Below, in pieces: positions 61,046 through 64,000 of a stretch of 64,000 bases of DNA (position 1 is its first letter; each line of letters starts with the position of its first letter). The notes below the pieces were generated by a model. It had not been told where the DNA came from. It searched no databases and saw only the letters and a list, made by a program, of their open reading frames with translations. The stretch comes from a virus. Made by a program: the position numbers and the translations under genes. The stretch lies in the IMG/VR virus record IMGVR_UViG_3300048672_000219, positions 1 through 64,000 of that record; one strand, written 5' to 3'.

Positions 61046-62548
61046 ATGGCCGCTAAAAAGAAGCCTCCGCAGGATAAAACGGCTGCATTAGCGGCTGATG
61101 AGGGTGCGGTGATTCCACGGATTAGCTTAGGCGAGAGTGGTTTTACAGGTTTACGCACCATTTGGGGAAAAGTAATTGATGATCCCCAACGAGCTTTCCG
61201 GCATCCTTATTTCTTGCGTACATGCCAAGAAATGCGTAATGATGCTGTAATTGCTTCAGTATTTAATACATATCGAATGTTCTTGTCACGAGTTGACTGG
61301 AATGTTGTGGCTCCAATTGGTGCTACAGAAGAACAAAAAGAACGAGCTAAGTTTGTAGAGTCCTTGATGGATGATATGGAAATTAGTTGGGCAGCGTTTA
61401 TCTCTGACGTTCTTGAGTATCTTCCTTATGGTTTTTCCGTACAAGAAAAAGTGTTCCGTCGTCGTCTGCACAAGAATGGTAGTCGATATAATGATGGTAA
61501 GATTGGACTGCGTAAGCTTTCCCCACGATCCCAAGACAGCATTCTTCGCTGGACATTCTCAGAAGATGGGCGAGAACTTCTAGGTTGCGAACAATCAATT
61601 TATCAAATGGAGCATGGTGCTCTGTTTATGGATCAAGCGAATGAACGTGGATTGATTCCAATTAAGCGTGAAAAATTCCTGCTGTTTACAGCAGACGCTA
61701 CAAAAGGTAATCCCACAGGTAACTCAATTCTAAAGGGCGTATATTTAGCCTATAAAGAAATGACGTTGCTGAAAGAACAAGAAATGGTAGGAATTGCGAA
61801 GGAAGCTGCTGGCCTTCCCCTTCTGCGCCTCCCTCCAGAGTTTATGGCAGATGACGCTTCGGATGATAAGAAAGCTGTCTACAATGCTTGCAAAACTCTG
61901 CTTGACACAATGCAAGCTGGCACTAATAAGGGTATCATCTTCCCTACTAAAACTGACCCTGACTCTAAGAAGGATATGTTTGACATTAGCCTTCTGGAAA
62001 AGAAAGGTGTGCAGGGTGCAAATATTGACGCTGTTATTAAACGATATACAGACAATATCCTAAGTGCTCTGAGTGTTGACGTTTTAAAAAGCGGTAACAA
62101 TCAGCAAAGTTTCTCGTTGAATGATGGTGACACCTCTGTGTTGGCTATTGCGCTAAGTCATCGTACAAATGAGATTGCTGACGTACTGAATAAAGATTTG
62201 ATTCCTCAGATTTTTGCCTTGAATGGTTGGACTGATGAAGTTCTTCCTAAATTCGTTCCGGGCGATATTTCTGCGCAGAGTCTTGAAGAATTGTCGAAAT
62301 TCTTGCAGCGTACTGCTTCTGTAGGATTGCTGACCAAAGACTTACCTGTTCTGAATAAGATTCGTACTGCTATGGGTGTTCAAGAGTTTCCTGATGACAC
62401 TAAAGTAGAGGATTTGAATTTCACTATGGACAGCAGTAAATCAAGTGCAGGAATGCAAGTTGGTAAATCTGGAAATGGAACAGCCAACATTGGTGGTGAT
62501 AGTTCAAATCAAGATACTTCGGTTAACAACTCAGATAACAAAGCTTAA
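61046..62548 (+). CDS. Portal protein (DUF935-like)
   Basis: 500 aa after terL; EMRND..I, YGFSVQEKV, NPTGNSILK, GLP, LIPQIFALNGW. Confidence 0.88.
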   Translation: MAAKKKPPQDKTAALAADEGAVIPRISLGESGFTGLRTIWGKVIDDPQRAFRHPYFLRTCQEMRNDAVIASVFNTYRMFLSRVDWNVVAPIGATEEQKERAKFVESLMDDMEISWAAFISDVLEYLPYGFSVQEKVFRRRLHKNGSRYNDGKIGLRKLSPRSQDSILRWTFSEDGRELLGCEQSIYQMEHGALFMDQANERGLIPIKREKFLLFTADATKGNPTGNSILKGVYLAYKEMTLLKEQEMVGIAKEAAGLPLLRLPPEFMADDASDDKKAVYNACKTLLDTMQAGTNKGIIFPTKTDPDSKKDMFDISLLEKKGVQGANIDAVIKRYTDNILSALSVDVLKSGNNQQSFSLNDGDTSVLAIALSHRTNEIADVLNKDLIPQIFALNGWTDEVLPKFVPGDISAQSLEELSKFLQRTASVGLLTKDLPVLNKIRTAMGVQEFPDDTKVEDLNFTMDSSKSSAGMQVGKSGNGTANIGGDSSNQDTSVNNSDNKA

Positions 62549-62556
62549 GGAGGAAA

Positions 62557-63639
62557 ATGGCATTTGTATATCACATCCATCTCCCAGAACAGTCGGGGGA
62601 ATATGATAAGGGTTATATTGGGTTTACTGCAACAACTGTATCTGAAAGATTTAAAGAGCACGTTGCTCTGGCAGCCATTGCGGAAAATACCTACACATTA
62701 CATAATGCGATTCGTAAACACGGTGATGCTCTTGTCGTGACCACTTTGGTAGAAGGCAGCAGCGAATATTGTCTAGATATAGAGTATAGGTTGCGACCAT
62801 ATCCAAATATCGGATGGAACATTGCCTGTGGTGGTTCTGCACCCATGTTAGGTAGAAAACATAGTGATGCAACACGTACCAAGATAAAAGCTATATTTAC
62901 TCCAGAGCATATTAAGAAGATTTCTGATAGGCAAAAAGCTATACCTACTTGGTGCCGAGGTTCATCCGATAAAGCAGTATGGGCAACCGCTTCTGAAATT
63001 TTCAAATGCTACAACGCTAATAAGGATGTAGGTGCTGTTGTGATTGGAAGGGCGTTTGGTCTTTCAGAAAAGAAATTGGAAGCAATGCTAAAGAAATTTA
63101 AATCTGGGTGGGTTCCAGATAATGATGAGGATTGGAAGATTTGGTCTGAGGATAAACCGAAACTAGAAAAAATTTGGGATGATTCTCAAGGAAAACTTCA
63201 AGCTAAAGCTGCTGAAATTACACCAGAATTAAGGGCAGCGCGGTCAAAGGGAGCGTCAGGGCGAGTCTGGACTGAAGAGATGAAGGATGCTCTTATTTTA
63301 CGAAATAAAGGTAAACGGCACACCGAAGAATCCAAGTTAAAAATTTCCAAATCAAAAATAGGTAAAAAACATACTGAAGAACAGATTCAAGCTAGGAAAG
63401 ATCGACTAGCCAAGCAACCTTGGACTAATGCGGCTAAACCCTACTTTTGGACAAAAGCTGAAGACATACGACAATTCTTGTTAGCTGGAAAAACGCAAGC
63501 AGATATATTGAGGTTCTTTGGTCTAGACAGAAAGAGTGGTTCACTTGCTGTGATAATTAAGAAAATAAAGTTTGGTTGGAATCCATCCGAGGATGAAGAT
63601 TGGATTTCCTTCAAAGAAAATTATGCAAAGGAATCATAA
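62557..63639 (+). CDS. GIY-YIG homing endonuclease with NUMOD3 motifs and a duplicated C-terminal domain
   Basis: FVYHI...GYIGFT...RFKEH...GWNIA.GG; GRKHSDATR/GKRHTEESK/GKKHTEE; repeat KK.K.GW.P..DEDW. Confidence 0.88.
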   Translation: MAFVYHIHLPEQSGEYDKGYIGFTATTVSERFKEHVALAAIAENTYTLHNAIRKHGDALVVTTLVEGSSEYCLDIEYRLRPYPNIGWNIACGGSAPMLGRKHSDATRTKIKAIFTPEHIKKISDRQKAIPTWCRGSSDKAVWATASEIFKCYNANKDVGAVVIGRAFGLSEKKLEAMLKKFKSGWVPDNDEDWKIWSEDKPKLEKIWDDSQGKLQAKAAEITPELRAARSKGASGRVWTEEMKDALILRNKGKRHTEESKLKISKSKIGKKHTEEQIQARKDRLAKQPWTNAAKPYFWTKAEDIRQFLLAGKTQADILRFFGLDRKSGSLAVIIKKIKFGWNPSEDEDWISFKENYAKES

Positions 63640-64000
63640 TGGCAAATCACAGTCTTTTACGACTTACCTCTAAAATATACAACACTCCACATCTAATTAC
63701 AACCGATTCTTTCAATGTAATTTTGGATTACTTGGATAAACGTAATTCTGCAACCTTTGAGATGCCAGATGAACCTGTAGAACTCCCTGAACAAGAAACT
63801 CCTTATAAAGACGGATTGGGTGTTTTGCAAGTATCTGGTAGTCTTACTTATCGCCCTGTTTACGGACTTTGCGGTGAAGTTGGCACGAGCTACACTTCTC
63901 TTGTTGAGCAAGTTGAATGTATGGTTGAAGCTGGTGTGAAAACTATCGTAATGTCCGTTGACTCTGGGGGTGGTGAGGCAGCACACGTTTTCGAGACAGC
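63639..64000 (+). CDS. Prohead protease, S49 family (partial, runs off the window)
   Basis: MANHSLLRL...YNTPHLI...GVLQVSGSL...IVMSVDSGGGEA; follows the portal. Confidence 0.8.
   Translation, partial: MANHSLLRLTSKIYNTPHLITTDSFNVILDYLDKRNSATFEMPDEPVELPEQETPYKDGLGVLQVSGSLTYRPVYGLCGEVGTSYTSLVEQVECMVEAGVKTIVMSVDSGGGEAAHVFET

Noticed and set aside
1-64000. CRISPR array, retron or diversity-generating retroelement
   Set aside because: No regularly spaced repeat-spacer array and no reverse transcriptase motif seen
1-64000. Stop-codon reassignment
   Set aside because: Core genes are full length in the standard code and no suppressor tRNA was seen

Overview
64 kb of a large lytic dsDNA tailed phage. 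The gene content and order resemble rV5-/FelixO1-/PAK_P1-type phages, and the spanins indicate a Gram-negative host. Layout: (1) lysis cassette (GH19 endolysin, holin, embedded i-/o-spanins) at 97-1510. (2) A ~36 kb minus-strand replication/nucleotide-metabolism arm: glutaredoxin, NrdB, intein-containing NrdA, MazG-like protein, metallophosphoesterase, exonuclease, SSB-like protein, adenine MTase, PolA, primase-helicase, NTase, ThyX, ligase, and a 936-aa deacetylase-like moron. (3) A plus-strand early region (~39.4-50.7 kb) of small ORFs behind many sigma70-like promoters. (4) A serine recombinase and a second minus-strand block (HD, ClpP-like, PhoH, MTase). (5) The start of the virion module: putative terS, three tRNAs, terL split by a group I intron, portal, prohead protease. 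Most notable observations: three paralogous ~60-70 aa proteins, each first behind a near-consensus promoter and each next to a GIY-YIG-type nuclease ORF; a serine recombinase facing an HNH nuclease fused to a homologous recombinase DNA-binding tail; two remodelled tRNA-like RNAs with their own promoter; a terL group I intron whose in-frame splicing needs a non-canonical junction (best fit: terminal A instead of G); and a phased triplet of Fur-box-like sites at the end of the early region. All protein calls come from motif recognition by eye; no database search was run.
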